Positions 9,312-19,768 of a DNA stretch of 64,000 nt are shown here, in pieces. The first letter of the stretch is position 1; every line of letters begins with the position of its first letter. The DNA is taken from IMG/VR virus record IMGVR_UViG_3300008262_000226, positions 1 through 64,000 of that record; one strand, given 5' to 3'. Both the position numbers and the translations under genes were made by a program. The DNA comes from an uncultured virus (IMG/VR IMGVR_UViG_3300008262_000226) (lineage: Duplodnaviria; Heunggongvirae; Uroviricota; Caudoviricetes). The notes beneath the pieces were generated by a model, which was given only the letters and a program-made list of their open reading frames with translations, was not told where the DNA came from and did no database searches.

Positions 9312-10925
9312 ATGGCAGGTCAAGTATCACCTGGAATTGTTCTAAGAGAGCGTGATTTAACAGCACAAACTGTAGTTAATACTTTAGCAAACACTGCTGC
9401 CTTTGTTGGTAGTTTTGCAAAGGGTCCTGTTGGTGTAGTTACTAATATCGCTACAGAGAAAGAACTCTTAGAGACATTCGGTGCCCCTAACGCAAATAAT
9501 TACGAAGATTGGTTTGTAGCTCAAACCTTCTTATCATACGGTGGTCAACTATTAGTAGTAAGAGTTGAAGATACCTCTCTCAAAAATGCTGTTGATGACA
9601 CAACCGCAACAGCAATTCTTGTTAATGACAAAGCAGATTTTGATGCAAATTTTGCTTCATATGACTGGAAATTTGCTGCTAGAACAGCAGGAACTTGGGC
9701 AAACGGTTTAAAAATTGCTATAGTTGATGGTGGAGTAACCAATTACGCAACTGCTACTCTTTACGGAACTGTTCTCTGGAGTACGGTTGCAAATGATCCA
9801 GGTAGTGCCGATGATCTTCACATCGCAGTGTTGGATGCAAACAATAATGTTCTAGAAACATTTTTATATGTTTCACGTTTGTCTACTGCCAGAGATTCTC
9901 AAGGTGCTTCTAATTACTACAAAGATGTAATTAATAACCGTTCTCAATACATTTATGCAGGACCCGAAAATGCTGCTGCAGGTGAATCAGATGTAACTCT
10001 CGCTGGTGGTGTTGATTCATACACAACTGTAGTTGCTGATATTACAGCGGCATATGACCTATTCGCAGACGCAGAAGAAATTACATTCGATTTTATTCTT
10101 GCTGGAGGTAGTCTAGCAGTTGAAGCTGATCAAGTAACAAAGGCACAAAAAACTATTGATCTAGCATCTACAAGAAAAGACTGCATTGCTTTCGTTTCTC
10201 CTCACAAAGGATTTTTAACATTGGCATCTGCATCAGCAAAGAGAGATGATATCATCACTTTCTTTGATAGTGTAGGAAGCAGCACTTCATATGCAGTATT
10301 TGATAGCGGATATAAGTATATCTACGATCGTTATAACGATACTTACAGATACATTCCTTGCAATGGAGATGTTGCTGGGCTATGTGTTCAGACTTCATTG
10401 AATGCTGAAGATTGGTTCTCCCCCGCTGGAAATGCCAGAGGAAATATTAAAAATGCGGTAAAACTAGCATACACTCCTTCAAAAACAGATAGAGACAAAC
10501 TCTATCTCAAGAGAATCAATCCAATTGCTTCTTTCCCTGGTCAAGGTGTAGTTTTATTTGGTGATAAAACAGCTCTTGCTACTCCAAGTGCTTTTGATAG
10601 AATCAATGTTCGCCGTCTATTCCTCGCGGTAGAAAAGCGTATCAATCAACTTGCTAAGAATGTTCTATTTGAATTAAATGACGAAGCACTAAGAGCATCG
10701 TTCACTAATGCTGCTGTTGGGTATCTAACAGAAGTTCAAGCAAAGCGTGGAGTTATTGATTTCTTAGTTGTATGTGACGACACAAACAACACGGCAGATG
10801 TTATTGATAGAAATGAGTTTGTTGCTGAGATCTACCTCAAGCCAACTCGTTCAATTAACTTCATCACTCTTACCTTTGTTGCTACTCGCACTGGAGTAAG
10901 TTTTGCTGAAGTCGTCGGTAGATGA
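9312..10925 (+). CDS. gp18: tail sheath protein (compact form)
   Basis: VSPGIVLRERD, WFSPAG, FGDKT, FDRINVRRLF. Confidence 0.96.
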   Translation: MAGQVSPGIVLRERDLTAQTVVNTLANTAAFVGSFAKGPVGVVTNIATEKELLETFGAPNANNYEDWFVAQTFLSYGGQLLVVRVEDTSLKNAVDDTTATAILVNDKADFDANFASYDWKFAARTAGTWANGLKIAIVDGGVTNYATATLYGTVLWSTVANDPGSADDLHIAVLDANNNVLETFLYVSRLSTARDSQGASNYYKDVINNRSQYIYAGPENAAAGESDVTLAGGVDSYTTVVADITAAYDLFADAEEITFDFILAGGSLAVEADQVTKAQKTIDLASTRKDCIAFVSPHKGFLTLASASAKRDDIITFFDSVGSSTSYAVFDSGYKYIYDRYNDTYRYIPCNGDVAGLCVQTSLNAEDWFSPAGNARGNIKNAVKLAYTPSKTDRDKLYLKRINPIASFPGQGVVLFGDKTALATPSAFDRINVRRLFLAVEKRINQLAKNVLFELNDEALRASFTNAAVGYLTEVQAKRGVIDFLVVCDDTNNTADVIDRNEFVAEIYLKPTRSINFITLTFVATRTGVSFAEVVGR

Positions 10926-10956
10926 TTTGTATAGGTAAAACAACGAGGTAAAAACA

Positions 10957-11547
10957 ATGGCAAACTCAAACATTCAAAATTTCTTAAACACTATTCAGAA
11001 TGGTGTTAGACCCAATCTATTTGAGGTTCAATTTGCTTTCCCATCAGGATTGACTCTTCCTGCTGGAGTAGATGCAACTTCAACTCTACTTTGCAAATCT
11101 GCTGCTCTTCCAGCATCTAATTTAGGTGTGATTGAAGTTCCTTTCAGAGGAAGAACAGTAAAGATTGCTGGAGATAGAACATTCGATACATGGACTGCAA
11201 CCTTTATCAATGATACTGGTTTTGCAATCCGTGAAGCAATGGAGAAGTGGATGCAAGCAATTAATTATCATGAAAGAAATACTGCTACTCACGTCAGCCC
11301 TGCTGATACTGGCAGCAATAGATATACAACTGATTTAATTGTTAAACAACTCAAGAGAGATTCAAACGCAGGTGGAACTGCAGTAACCTCATACAAACTA
11401 TGGGGATGCTTCCCAACTAACATTTCTCAAATTGATCTTGCTTATGATAGCAACGATCAAGTTGAAGATTTTACGGTTGAATTCCAACTTCAGTATTGGA
11501 CTCGTGGAACTGGAACTGACACAACTAACGTTGTTGCTGGTGCATAA
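10957..11547 (+). CDS. gp19: tail tube protein
   Basis: RPNLFEV, PFRGRTVKIAGDRTF, FPTNIS. Confidence 0.95.
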   Translation: MANSNIQNFLNTIQNGVRPNLFEVQFAFPSGLTLPAGVDATSTLLCKSAALPASNLGVIEVPFRGRTVKIAGDRTFDTWTATFINDTGFAIREAMEKWMQAINYHERNTATHVSPADTGSNRYTTDLIVKQLKRDSNAGGTAVTSYKLWGCFPTNISQIDLAYDSNDQVEDFTVEFQLQYWTRGTGTDTTNVVAGA

Positions 11548-11578
11548 ATACAGTATCGGTAAGTGAGACAATTTAAAT

Positions 11579-13207
11579 ATGAGTCAACTTTTTGGATTCT
11601 CAATTAAAAGCAAAGCGGAGGAATTGAAAGGTCAATCTCCAATTCCTCCCAATGCTGATGATGCAGTAACCACCGTAGCTGGTGGTTATTTTGGTTCGTA
11701 CGTAGATATTGATGGAGTAGCGAGAAATGAGTTTGATCTTATCAAACGCTACCGCGATATGTCTATGCACCCAGAGGTTGACTCTGCGATTGATGAAATT
11801 GTAAACGAAGCAATCAACTCTAGTTTAGATGACTCACCAGTTCAAATTGAACTTTCAAATCTTGAAGTAGGCGAACCAATCAAAAGAAAAATTCGTGAAG
11901 AGTTTGATTATCTAAAGCGTCTACTATCCTTTGATACCAGAGCGCATGAAATTTTTAGAACTTGGTATATTGATGGTCGTTTATATTACCATAAAGTTAT
12001 CGATCTGTCTAATCCTAAATCGGGTATTACTGAACTCAGATTCATCGACCCACTGAAGATCAAAAAGGTCAGAGTTCAAAACAAAGATCCTAAGTTCAAC
12101 ACAGTTCTTTCGGCAAATAGAGGTGGTGTTGATACAGCAATGTCATATGACTTTGGTGAATATGTAGAATACTACATGTATAATCCAAAGGGATTTATCA
12201 GTTCAACCTTCGATGTCAACAACGCAACGAGTGGCGTCAAGATTGCAAACGATGCTATCACATATGTAACATCAGGTTTACAAGATCTCAACAAAAAGAT
12301 GGTGTTGAGTTTCTTACACAAGTCAATCAAATCACTTAACCAGTTACGCATGATTGAAGATGCGCTGGTTATCTACAGACTTTCCCGCGCACCAGAACGC
12401 CGTATTTTCTACATCGATGTAGGCAATCTTCCTAAGGTAAAAGCAGAGCAATACCTTCGTGAAGTTATGGCTCGCTATCGTAACAAACTTGTGTATGATG
12501 CACAAACTGGTGAAATCCGCGATGACAAAAAGCATATGAGTATGCTTGAGGATTTCTGGCTCCCTCGTCGTGAAGGTGGTAGAGGAACTGAAATCACCAC
12601 GCTTCCTGGTGGTCAAAACCTCGGTGAACTCAAGGATGTTGAGTATTTTAAAAAGAAACTTTACAACTCACTCAACCTTCCACCATCGCGTTTAGATGAT
12701 GCCAACCAAGGATTTTCACTTGGTCGTTCATCTGAGATTCTACGCGATGAACTTAAGTTTGCAAAGTGGATTGCAAGACTTCGTAAGAAGTTTAGCGCAC
12801 TGTTCCACGACATGCTTAAGACTCAACTCATTCTAAAAGGAGTTATCGCTCCTGAAGATTGGGATGAAATGCAAGAGCATATTCAATATGATTTCCAGTT
12901 TGATAATCATTTTGAAGAACTCAAGCAAGCAGAACTCATGGGCAATCGCCTTCAGGTTGCAACTGCTCTCGATCCTTTCCTCGGAAAGTATTACTCAATC
13001 GAGTATGTAAGAAAGCAAGTTCTTATGCAAACTGATGCTGAGTATGATGAAATCTCCAAGCAAATGGAAGATGAGATTGCGGAAGGTAAGATTCCCGATC
13101 CCATTCATACTAATTTAATGAATGCAGCAACTTTGGAAGTGGGAGCATTGCCTCCGCCACCTCCAGCTCCTGTTGCTCCATCTAAACCCAAAACATCAGA
13201 AAAATAA
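11579..13207 (+). CDS. gp20: portal protein
   Basis: RAPERRIFYIDVGNLP, EDFWLPRREGGRGTEITTLPGG. Confidence 0.98.
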   Translation: MSQLFGFSIKSKAEELKGQSPIPPNADDAVTTVAGGYFGSYVDIDGVARNEFDLIKRYRDMSMHPEVDSAIDEIVNEAINSSLDDSPVQIELSNLEVGEPIKRKIREEFDYLKRLLSFDTRAHEIFRTWYIDGRLYYHKVIDLSNPKSGITELRFIDPLKIKKVRVQNKDPKFNTVLSANRGGVDTAMSYDFGEYVEYYMYNPKGFISSTFDVNNATSGVKIANDAITYVTSGLQDLNKKMVLSFLHKSIKSLNQLRMIEDALVIYRLSRAPERRIFYIDVGNLPKVKAEQYLREVMARYRNKLVYDAQTGEIRDDKKHMSMLEDFWLPRREGGRGTEITTLPGGQNLGELKDVEYFKKKLYNSLNLPPSRLDDANQGFSLGRSSEILRDELKFAKWIARLRKKFSALFHDMLKTQLILKGVIAPEDWDEMQEHIQYDFQFDNHFEELKQAELMGNRLQVATALDPFLGKYYSIEYVRKQVLMQTDAEYDEISKQMEDEIAEGKIPDPIHTNLMNAATLEVGALPPPPPAPVAPSKPKTSEK

Positions 13208-13230
13208 ATAATTTATTATAGGTAAATTAA

Positions 13231-13431
13231 ATGGATACTATTGAAGTTGTAAATGCCATTCGTGATGGTAATCGTGTTCAAGCACTTGACAAAATTGCTG
13301 ACATCCTCTACGGAAAAGCAGCAGAAGCAATGAAAGATTATAAGCAAACAGTTGCTCAAACATTTTTCGATCAACCTGAAGCTCCTGAAGAGGAGGTAGA
13401 AGAAACACCAGCAGAGGAACCACAACAATGA
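13231..13431 (+). CDS. small acidic prohead core-like protein
   Basis: position between gp20 and gp21; acidic tail. Confidence 0.6.
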   Translation: MDTIEVVNAIRDGNRVQALDKIADILYGKAAEAMKDYKQTVAQTFFDQPEAPEEEVEETPAEEPQQ

Positions 13432-14072
13432 AACTAATCACCGAAGCAATTGAGGATATTCAAATCCTCGAAGAAGAAACCAACGGTAAAAAAAATCTTT
13501 ACATTGAAGGTGTATTCCTTCAAGGAGATATTAAAAACCGCAACGGTCGTGTATATCCCTTTGGCGTTCTAGAACGCGAAGTTGGTAGATACACTGAACA
13601 GTATGTAAATGTTGGTCGTGCTCTCGGTGAACTAGGTCATCCTGATGGTCCTACTGTTAACTTGGATCGCGTGTCACATAAAATTGTTTCTCTAAAAGCA
13701 GAAGGTTCTAATTTTATTGGTAAAGCACAGATCCTAAATACTCCCATGGGAAACATTGCTAAGTCACTTTTGGAATCAGGAGTAAAGCTTGGCGTTTCTT
13801 CAAGGGGCATGGGTTCTATCGAAGAGAAGAACGGTGCCAATTATGTTCGTGATGATTTCATGCTTGCAACTGCTGCCGACATCGTAGCAGATCCCTCCGC
13901 ACCTGACGCATTTGTGAACGGAATTATGGAAGGTAAAGAGTGGGTATGGGAAAATGGCATTATTAAGGAAGTTAATATTGCTAAATATCATAAGTATATT
14001 TCTGAATCTACCAGAAAAAATCTTGAGGAGAGGTCACTGAAAGCGTTCAGTCACTTCTTACAAAGTTTGTAA
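13428..14072 (+). CDS. gp21: prohead protease
   Basis: ALGELGHP, GVSSRGMGS, DIVADPSAPDAFV. Confidence 0.96.
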   Translation: MKLITEAIEDIQILEEETNGKKNLYIEGVFLQGDIKNRNGRVYPFGVLEREVGRYTEQYVNVGRALGELGHPDGPTVNLDRVSHKIVSLKAEGSNFIGKAQILNTPMGNIAKSLLESGVKLGVSSRGMGSIEEKNGANYVRDDFMLATAADIVADPSAPDAFVNGIMEGKEWVWENGIIKEVNIAKYHKYISESTRKNLEERSLKAFSHFLQSL

Positions 14073-14124
14073 TTTCATAAATAATCATAGAATAAACACA
14101 TATTAGAATTACGAGGAATCTCAA

Positions 14125-15252
14125 ATGTCAGATAACTTAAACGAAAAGTTTGAGGAGCTTGTAACTGAATCAGAAGTTGGCACTAGTGCGCTCTCCCCCG
14201 CTATCGTTCCTGGTCAATCATCTGGTATCGGTCAATACATGCATCCCGTTACTGGTCAAGTAAGCGACGCACAAACACGCGGCGGTCACAAAGACTCAGG
14301 TTTTGAACTATCCACTTCCCTTGCTCCTGGTCAATCAGAGGAAGATAATGGTGGTTCAACTTTCGAAGAACCAGAAGGAAAGGATAATCCTGGAGCAAAA
14401 GCTGCTAAGCATAACAGCAAAGTTAGCGATGAGCAAACCCGTGGTAAGCACCAAGATTCAGGTTTCTCGGTTAAGTCATCTGGTTATGGTGTCGAAAACG
14501 GCCCCAACAATACAAAAGTATTTGGTATGGAAGCAATCAAATATTCCGCTGCGGAAGATGTTGCTGCCCTAACCGAAGGCGAAGAGTTCTCAGAAGAGTT
14601 CAAAGCAAAGGCAACTACAATCTTTGAAGCTGCTGTTAAGTCGCGCATCGAAGAGCAAGTAACTGCTATTGCTTCAACCCTAGAAGAGCAGTTCTCCGCC
14701 AAACTACAAGAGGAAATTGCTACCCTCTCAGAGAAAGTTGATGAAACTCTCCAGTATGCAATCACCACTTGGGTAGAAGAGAACCAAGTTGCACTCGATG
14801 CAGGTCTCAAGCTTGAGATTGCAGAAGAGTTCATGGGTGGTCTCAAAAAAGTTTTTGAAGATAACTACCTCAGCATTCCCGACGAGAAGATTCAAGTCGT
14901 GGAAGAAATGACCGAGGAGCTTTGTGAAATGGAAACACGCCTTAACGAACAGGTTGAGCGTAATATTGAACTTAATAATAAACTCGCTGGATATCAAAAA
15001 ACTGTAATCCTCAATCAAATGAGCGAGGGTCTAGTTGATACCCAAAGAGAAAAACTTGCTTCTCTCGCTGAAGGCGTAGAGTTTGTCTCTGAAGAAGACT
15101 TCAAAGGCAAAGTTTCAACCCTCATCTCTAGTTACTTCCCTAAGCATGTTGTAACTGAGCAAGTAACACCTGAAGTCTCTGGCGATGCATCTGCAGAACA
15201 TTCCCCAGTAATGGCGGCATATCTACAGGCGCTATCACGCTGGAGCAACTGA
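14125..15252 (+). CDS. gp22: prohead scaffold protein
   Basis: EEFKAKATTIFEAAV, long coiled coil, synteny. Confidence 0.92.
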   Translation: MSDNLNEKFEELVTESEVGTSALSPAIVPGQSSGIGQYMHPVTGQVSDAQTRGGHKDSGFELSTSLAPGQSEEDNGGSTFEEPEGKDNPGAKAAKHNSKVSDEQTRGKHQDSGFSVKSSGYGVENGPNNTKVFGMEAIKYSAAEDVAALTEGEEFSEEFKAKATTIFEAAVKSRIEEQVTAIASTLEEQFSAKLQEEIATLSEKVDETLQYAITTWVEENQVALDAGLKLEIAEEFMGGLKKVFEDNYLSIPDEKIQVVEEMTEELCEMETRLNEQVERNIELNNKLAGYQKTVILNQMSEGLVDTQREKLASLAEGVEFVSEEDFKGKVSTLISSYFPKHVVTEQVTPEVSGDASAEHSPVMAAYLQALSRWSN

Positions 15253-15297
15253 TCATAACGTAAAAACAATCCACTAAACTCAAAGGAGTAAAGCAAA

Positions 15298-16713
15298 ATG
15301 TCAGATTCAAGACTTTTGCAGGAAAAGTGGGCACCTGTTCTTAATCACGGTGGCCTCCCTGAAATCAAGGATGCATATCGTAAACAGGTTGTCGCCACCC
15401 TGCTAGAAAACCAAGAGCGTGCAGTTCGTGAAGAGTATGGAATGCTCAACGAAGTTGCTGTCAACTCGCTTGGCGCTACTTCCATTTCACCTGCTGGTTC
15501 AGCTCTATCATCTACCAACACTGCTGGTCTCGCTGGTTTCGATCCTATCCTAATCAGCCTAATTCGCCGTTCAATGCCCAACCTTGTCGCTTATGACATC
15601 GCTGGCGTTCAACCAATGAGCGGTCCTACTGGTCTTATCTTCGCAATGCGTGCTCGTTACGAAGCACAAGACGGTGCAGAAGCTCTATACTACGAGCCAG
15701 ACGAAGCATTCTCAACCAACTACGATGCTACTCAGGGCGCTTACAGCGTTCGTAACGCATCTGGTTCAGGTGGAGACGCTGAGGGCAACAACCCTGCTGT
15801 TCTTAACGACGGCACTCCTGGCACCTACGAAGTTGCTCGTGGCATGAGCCGTGAGACTTCTGAAACTCTAGGCGAAGCAAACAAGCTTTTCCGCGAAATG
15901 AGCTTCAGCATCGAGAAGACTTCGGTAACTGCGAAGACTCGTGCTCTCAAGGCAGAATACACCCTAGAACTCGCTCAAGACCTCAAGGCTATTCATGGTC
16001 TTGATGCCGAGCAAGAGCTCGCCAACCTACTCTCAAGCGAGATCCTCGCTGAGATCAACCGTGAGATCATCCGTACCGTCTACACTGTTGCACTTCCTGG
16101 TGCTCAGAACGACGTTGCTACTCAGGGTACTTTCGACCTTGATATCGATTCAAACGGTCGTTGGATGGCAGAGAAGTTCAAGGGTCTCCTATTCCAGATT
16201 CAGCGTGATGCAAACGCTATCGGTCAGTTAACACGTAGAGGTAAGGGCAACTTCATGATCTGCTCAGCAGACGTTGCTTCCGCTATGAGCATGGCTGGTA
16301 TGCTTGACTACGCTCCTGCTCTCAACACTTCACTCAACGTTGATGACACTGGTAACGTATTTGCTGGTGTTCTCCAGGGTGGTATCCGTGTTTACATCGA
16401 TCCATTCGGTGCTCCTATCTATAGTCAGTCACAAGCTGCTAAGCACTACTATGTTATGGGTTACAAGGGCACATCACCTTATGATGCTGGTCTCTTCTAT
16501 TGCCCATACGTTCCTCTCCAAATGGTTCGTTCGATCAATCCTGACACCTTCCAGCCTAAGATTGGCTTCAAGACTCGTTACGGCATGGTCAGCAACCCAT
16601 TCGTCTCGACCACTAACACCAACGGTATCGCTGGTGCTACTCCTGACGGTTCAACTCTCACTGCTAATACCAACCAGTATTACAGAAGAGTTAAGGTTAT
16701 CAACCTCACCTGA
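15298..16713 (+). CDS. gp23: major capsid protein
   Basis: GVQPMSGPTGLIFAMR, ELAQDLKAIHGLDAE, FQPKIGFKTRYG. Confidence 0.98.
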   Translation: MSDSRLLQEKWAPVLNHGGLPEIKDAYRKQVVATLLENQERAVREEYGMLNEVAVNSLGATSISPAGSALSSTNTAGLAGFDPILISLIRRSMPNLVAYDIAGVQPMSGPTGLIFAMRARYEAQDGAEALYYEPDEAFSTNYDATQGAYSVRNASGSGGDAEGNNPAVLNDGTPGTYEVARGMSRETSETLGEANKLFREMSFSIEKTSVTAKTRALKAEYTLELAQDLKAIHGLDAEQELANLLSSEILAEINREIIRTVYTVALPGAQNDVATQGTFDLDIDSNGRWMAEKFKGLLFQIQRDANAIGQLTRRGKGNFMICSADVASAMSMAGMLDYAPALNTSLNVDDTGNVFAGVLQGGIRVYIDPFGAPIYSQSQAAKHYYVMGYKGTSPYDAGLFYCPYVPLQMVRSINPDTFQPKIGFKTRYGMVSNPFVSTTNTNGIAGATPDGSTLTANTNQYYRRVKVINLT

Positions 16714-16731
16714 TTCTCAGGTAAATACTTT

Positions 16732-16756
16732 GACCCCCGCAAGGGGGTCTTTTTTT
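16732..16756 (+). terminator. intrinsic terminator after gp23
   Basis: gaccccc-gcaa-gggggtc followed by a T-run. Confidence 0.9.
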
Positions 16757-16788
16757 ATGCAAATAAATAGAGAAAAAAGGATAAGGTC

Positions 16789-17280
16789 ATGCCTGCAAAA
16801 TGGTTTGAAGAGCAACCAAGTAATAGAAATTTTCTTGCTCCTTCAGGATTTAAAATATCATTAGAATTATTTCCTGGTGTAGATTTTTTCTGCCAACAAG
16901 CAAGCATTCCAGATATTAGTGTGGGTTTCACCGAAGTATCAACTCCATTTAGAGGAGTTCCTATAGTATCATCTGGTGGTATTACATATGGAGATTTACG
17001 ATTAAAATTTATTATAGATGAAGATCTACATAATTATCAAACTATATTTAAATGGATAGAAAAAAATAATCTTGCTAGGGAGTATTCTGAAGACACTATA
17101 GAATATTCAAAGGGAGAATTATTAATTTTAAATAGTAACATGAAAAGAAATAGAGTAGTTTATTTTACAGATTTATTTCCAGTAAGTTTAACTGGAGTAG
17201 ACTTTGATGTTGCTGACACTGATGTGGATTATTTGACAGCAGATGTTACTTTAAAGTTCAGAGAATTTAGATTTAATTAA
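16789..17280 (+). CDS. gp3: tail tube terminator/completion protein
   Basis: NRNFLAPSGF, FIIDEDL, FPVSL; synteny. Confidence 0.85.
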   Translation: MPAKWFEEQPSNRNFLAPSGFKISLELFPGVDFFCQQASIPDISVGFTEVSTPFRGVPIVSSGGITYGDLRLKFIIDEDLHNYQTIFKWIEKNNLAREYSEDTIEYSKGELLILNSNMKRNRVVYFTDLFPVSLTGVDFDVADTDVDYLTADVTLKFREFRFN

Positions 17281-17291
17281 TGGAGTAATTT

Positions 17292-17768
17292 ATGAAGTTT
17301 GATGATTTGAGAAACCTTTTTAATCATGTTAAATCAGAATGGCAAGAAGATTCACATATCGACTTCCAGTTTAAAAACAAACAATACTCAGCAGACCTAG
17401 CACAAATCTCGCTAGACATCCCTTATCAACACAATAAATATTTAAACTTCTACAACGATTTTTCTACCGAGAAGACAGCACTGGAATTCCAGTATCGTAT
17501 GAAGTTAAAAGAAAAAAGAGAATATTATCAAGGCGAAGCCGATCCTGAAGTTTACAAAGAAAAACCTTTTGGGCAATCCATCAAAACATCCGAGAAGATG
17601 AAAGTATACCTCGAAGCGGATGAGGATTTAATTAATATTGAGATGAAAATAGAGTTTATTAATAAGGCACTTTTCTTTTTGGATAATGTTCTTAAAATGA
17701 TTTCCAATAGAAGTTTCCAAATTAAAAACGCTATCGAGTGGGAGAAATTTATTAACGGTAGCACCTAA
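17292..17768 (+). CDS. uvsY: recombination mediator
   Basis: HNKYL, NRSFQIKNAIEW. Confidence 0.9.
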   Translation: MKFDDLRNLFNHVKSEWQEDSHIDFQFKNKQYSADLAQISLDIPYQHNKYLNFYNDFSTEKTALEFQYRMKLKEKREYYQGEADPEVYKEKPFGQSIKTSEKMKVYLEADEDLINIEMKIEFINKALFFLDNVLKMISNRSFQIKNAIEWEKFINGST

Positions 17769-19246
17769 TGACGAATCTTGTCGTAGCAAAGAAGAATAAC
17801 ATCTTCTTAACAATTAAAGCGGAACCACACGTTCACTATGAACTTGCAGACTATTTCACATTCGATATCCCCAACGCCAAGTTTATGCCCCAATATAGAA
17901 GTGGCGTCTGGGATGGTAAGATACGACTTTATTCACCAGGAACAGGCGAGCTCTATTGTGGTCTCATCACACACCTCAAAGAGTGGAGCGGTATCAAAGG
18001 TTATTCAATTGAATACCAAGGTAACAAGTTCTATGGAGACGTAGAAGAAAAAAATGATCAGATTACGTTAGAAGGTGTCAGGGGATTTATGGCGGCTGTG
18101 TGTCCGAATCATAACCCAAGAGATTATCAAGTGCAAGCAGTATATGAGGCACTTCTAAATAACCGCAGGTTACTTTTGTCTCCTACTGCATCAGGTAAAT
18201 CCCTGATGATTTACTCTTTGGTTAGGTATTACTATGCCTCAGAATACAAAAAGACGGGCAAGAAGACGCTCATTATTGTTCCTACCACTTCGTTGGTTGA
18301 GCAAATGTATAATGATTTTGCCGACTATGGCTGGGATGTTGATAGCTATTGTCATAGAATATATGGTGGAAAAGATAAGAACGTAGAGAAAGCAGTTATC
18401 ATTTCTACTTGGCAATCTATCTACAAGTTTCCTAAGCGTTGGTTTGATGACTTCTCCTGTGTCATCGGTGACGAGGCACACCTATTCAAATCTAAATCTC
18501 TTACTGGCATCATGACTAAGTTGCATGAAGCTAAGTATCGTTTTGGTTTCACTGGCACACTTGATGGATCTGCTACTCATAAGTGGGTGCTGGAAGGATT
18601 GTTTGGTGAATGTAAGCATGTTACCAAGACAGAAAAACTTATCAAAGAAGGTCACCTATCTGATTTCAGAATCAAAGTTCTTTTGCTGAAGCATGAGAGA
18701 ATGGAGTTCTTTGATTATCAAGGAGAGATTGATGCGATTGTAGATAATCCAAAACGCAATAGGTTGATTAAAAATCTTGTGCGTGACTTAGAAGGAAACT
18801 CTCTGGTTCTCTTCAACTATGTTGAGCGTCACGGGATGCCACTTTACGAGGCGATAAATAGTGTTGTTGAAGAAGGTCGTAAAGTTTTTCTTGTCTATGG
18901 TGGTGTAGACACTGAAGAACGCGAAGAGATTAGACGCATCACTGAAACTGAAAACAACGCAGTGATTGTTGCTTCATACGGAACATTCAGCACTGGCATC
19001 AACATTCGTAATCTACACAATGTTGTATTTGCTTCACCTTCAAAATCAAGAGTAAGAAACTTACAGTCTATCGGTCGTGTGTTGCGTAAGGGCAACAACA
19101 AAACTTATGCAACTCTTTATGATATTGCAGATGAGTATTGCAGAACACCACAGAAAAATTACACGCTGAAACATTTAGATGAGCGTTTGAAAATTTATGA
19201 AGAAGAAAAGTTTAATGTAGAAATCATCAAACTCGATTTAAAATGA
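17768..19246 (+). CDS. uvsW: DNA helicase
   Basis: SPTASGKS, DEAH, QSIGRVLR. Confidence 0.96.
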   Translation: MTNLVVAKKNNIFLTIKAEPHVHYELADYFTFDIPNAKFMPQYRSGVWDGKIRLYSPGTGELYCGLITHLKEWSGIKGYSIEYQGNKFYGDVEEKNDQITLEGVRGFMAAVCPNHNPRDYQVQAVYEALLNNRRLLLSPTASGKSLMIYSLVRYYYASEYKKTGKKTLIIVPTTSLVEQMYNDFADYGWDVDSYCHRIYGGKDKNVEKAVIISTWQSIYKFPKRWFDDFSCVIGDEAHLFKSKSLTGIMTKLHEAKYRFGFTGTLDGSATHKWVLEGLFGECKHVTKTEKLIKEGHLSDFRIKVLLLKHERMEFFDYQGEIDAIVDNPKRNRLIKNLVRDLEGNSLVLFNYVERHGMPLYEAINSVVEEGRKVFLVYGGVDTEEREEIRRITETENNAVIVASYGTFSTGINIRNLHNVVFASPSKSRVRNLQSIGRVLRKGNNKTYATLYDIADEYCRTPQKNYTLKHLDERLKIYEEEKFNVEIIKLDLK

Positions 19247-19247
19247 T

Positions 19248-19667
19248 ATGGAAGAAGAATTTTATGCAACTATTAAATTAACTTCAGGTGAAGAGATTGT
19301 AGCTAAAGTTAGTTACGATCCAGATGATGATGTAGTAGTGGTTTTAGAACCAAGATTAATTGAAAAAGTAGAACAAAAAAAAGGCAATGCAATTATAGAA
19401 GGTATTGTTTTTGATGATTGGATTAATGCAACTTATGAAAATATGTTTGTTATTCCCCGTAATCAAATTATTACAATGATTGAACTTGACGAACGCATAG
19501 TTTCTTTCTATGAAGATCATCTAGAAGATAAAACAAAATATAAAAAAAGAAGATTCGAAGAAAAAAAATCTGATACAAAAAGACAAAACCCTAGAAACCA
19601 TGAAGGTTATCTAGGATCTATTAAAGAAGCTAAGAAGTTATTAGAAGAGATATATAATAAATCTTGA
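19248..19667 (+). CDS. conserved cyanophage protein (Sm-like N-terminus)
   Basis: IKLTSGEEIVAK; lies between uvsW and gp55. Confidence 0.7.
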   Translation: MEEEFYATIKLTSGEEIVAKVSYDPDDDVVVVLEPRLIEKVEQKKGNAIIEGIVFDDWINATYENMFVIPRNQIITMIELDERIVSFYEDHLEDKTKYKKRRFEEKKSDTKRQNPRNHEGYLGSIKEAKKLLEEIYNKS

Positions 19668-19682
19668 AAGCGCCACATTGCT

Positions 19683-19711
19683 ATTATATACTCTTTTGAA
19701 GGTTGTGTCAA
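19683..19711 (-). promoter_or_regulatory. consensus sigma70 promoter facing antisense into the upstream genes
   Basis: minus strand TTGACA-17-TATAAT. Confidence 0.7.
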
Positions 19712-19716
19712 GCCCC

Positions 19717-19745
19717 TTTACAAAATCTGTTGAGTGTGTTACAAT
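19717..19745 (+). promoter_or_regulatory. sigma70-type promoter of gp55
   Basis: TTTACA-17-TACAAT. Confidence 0.6.
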
Positions 19746-19768
19746 ACACACACCAATGATTATAAACC

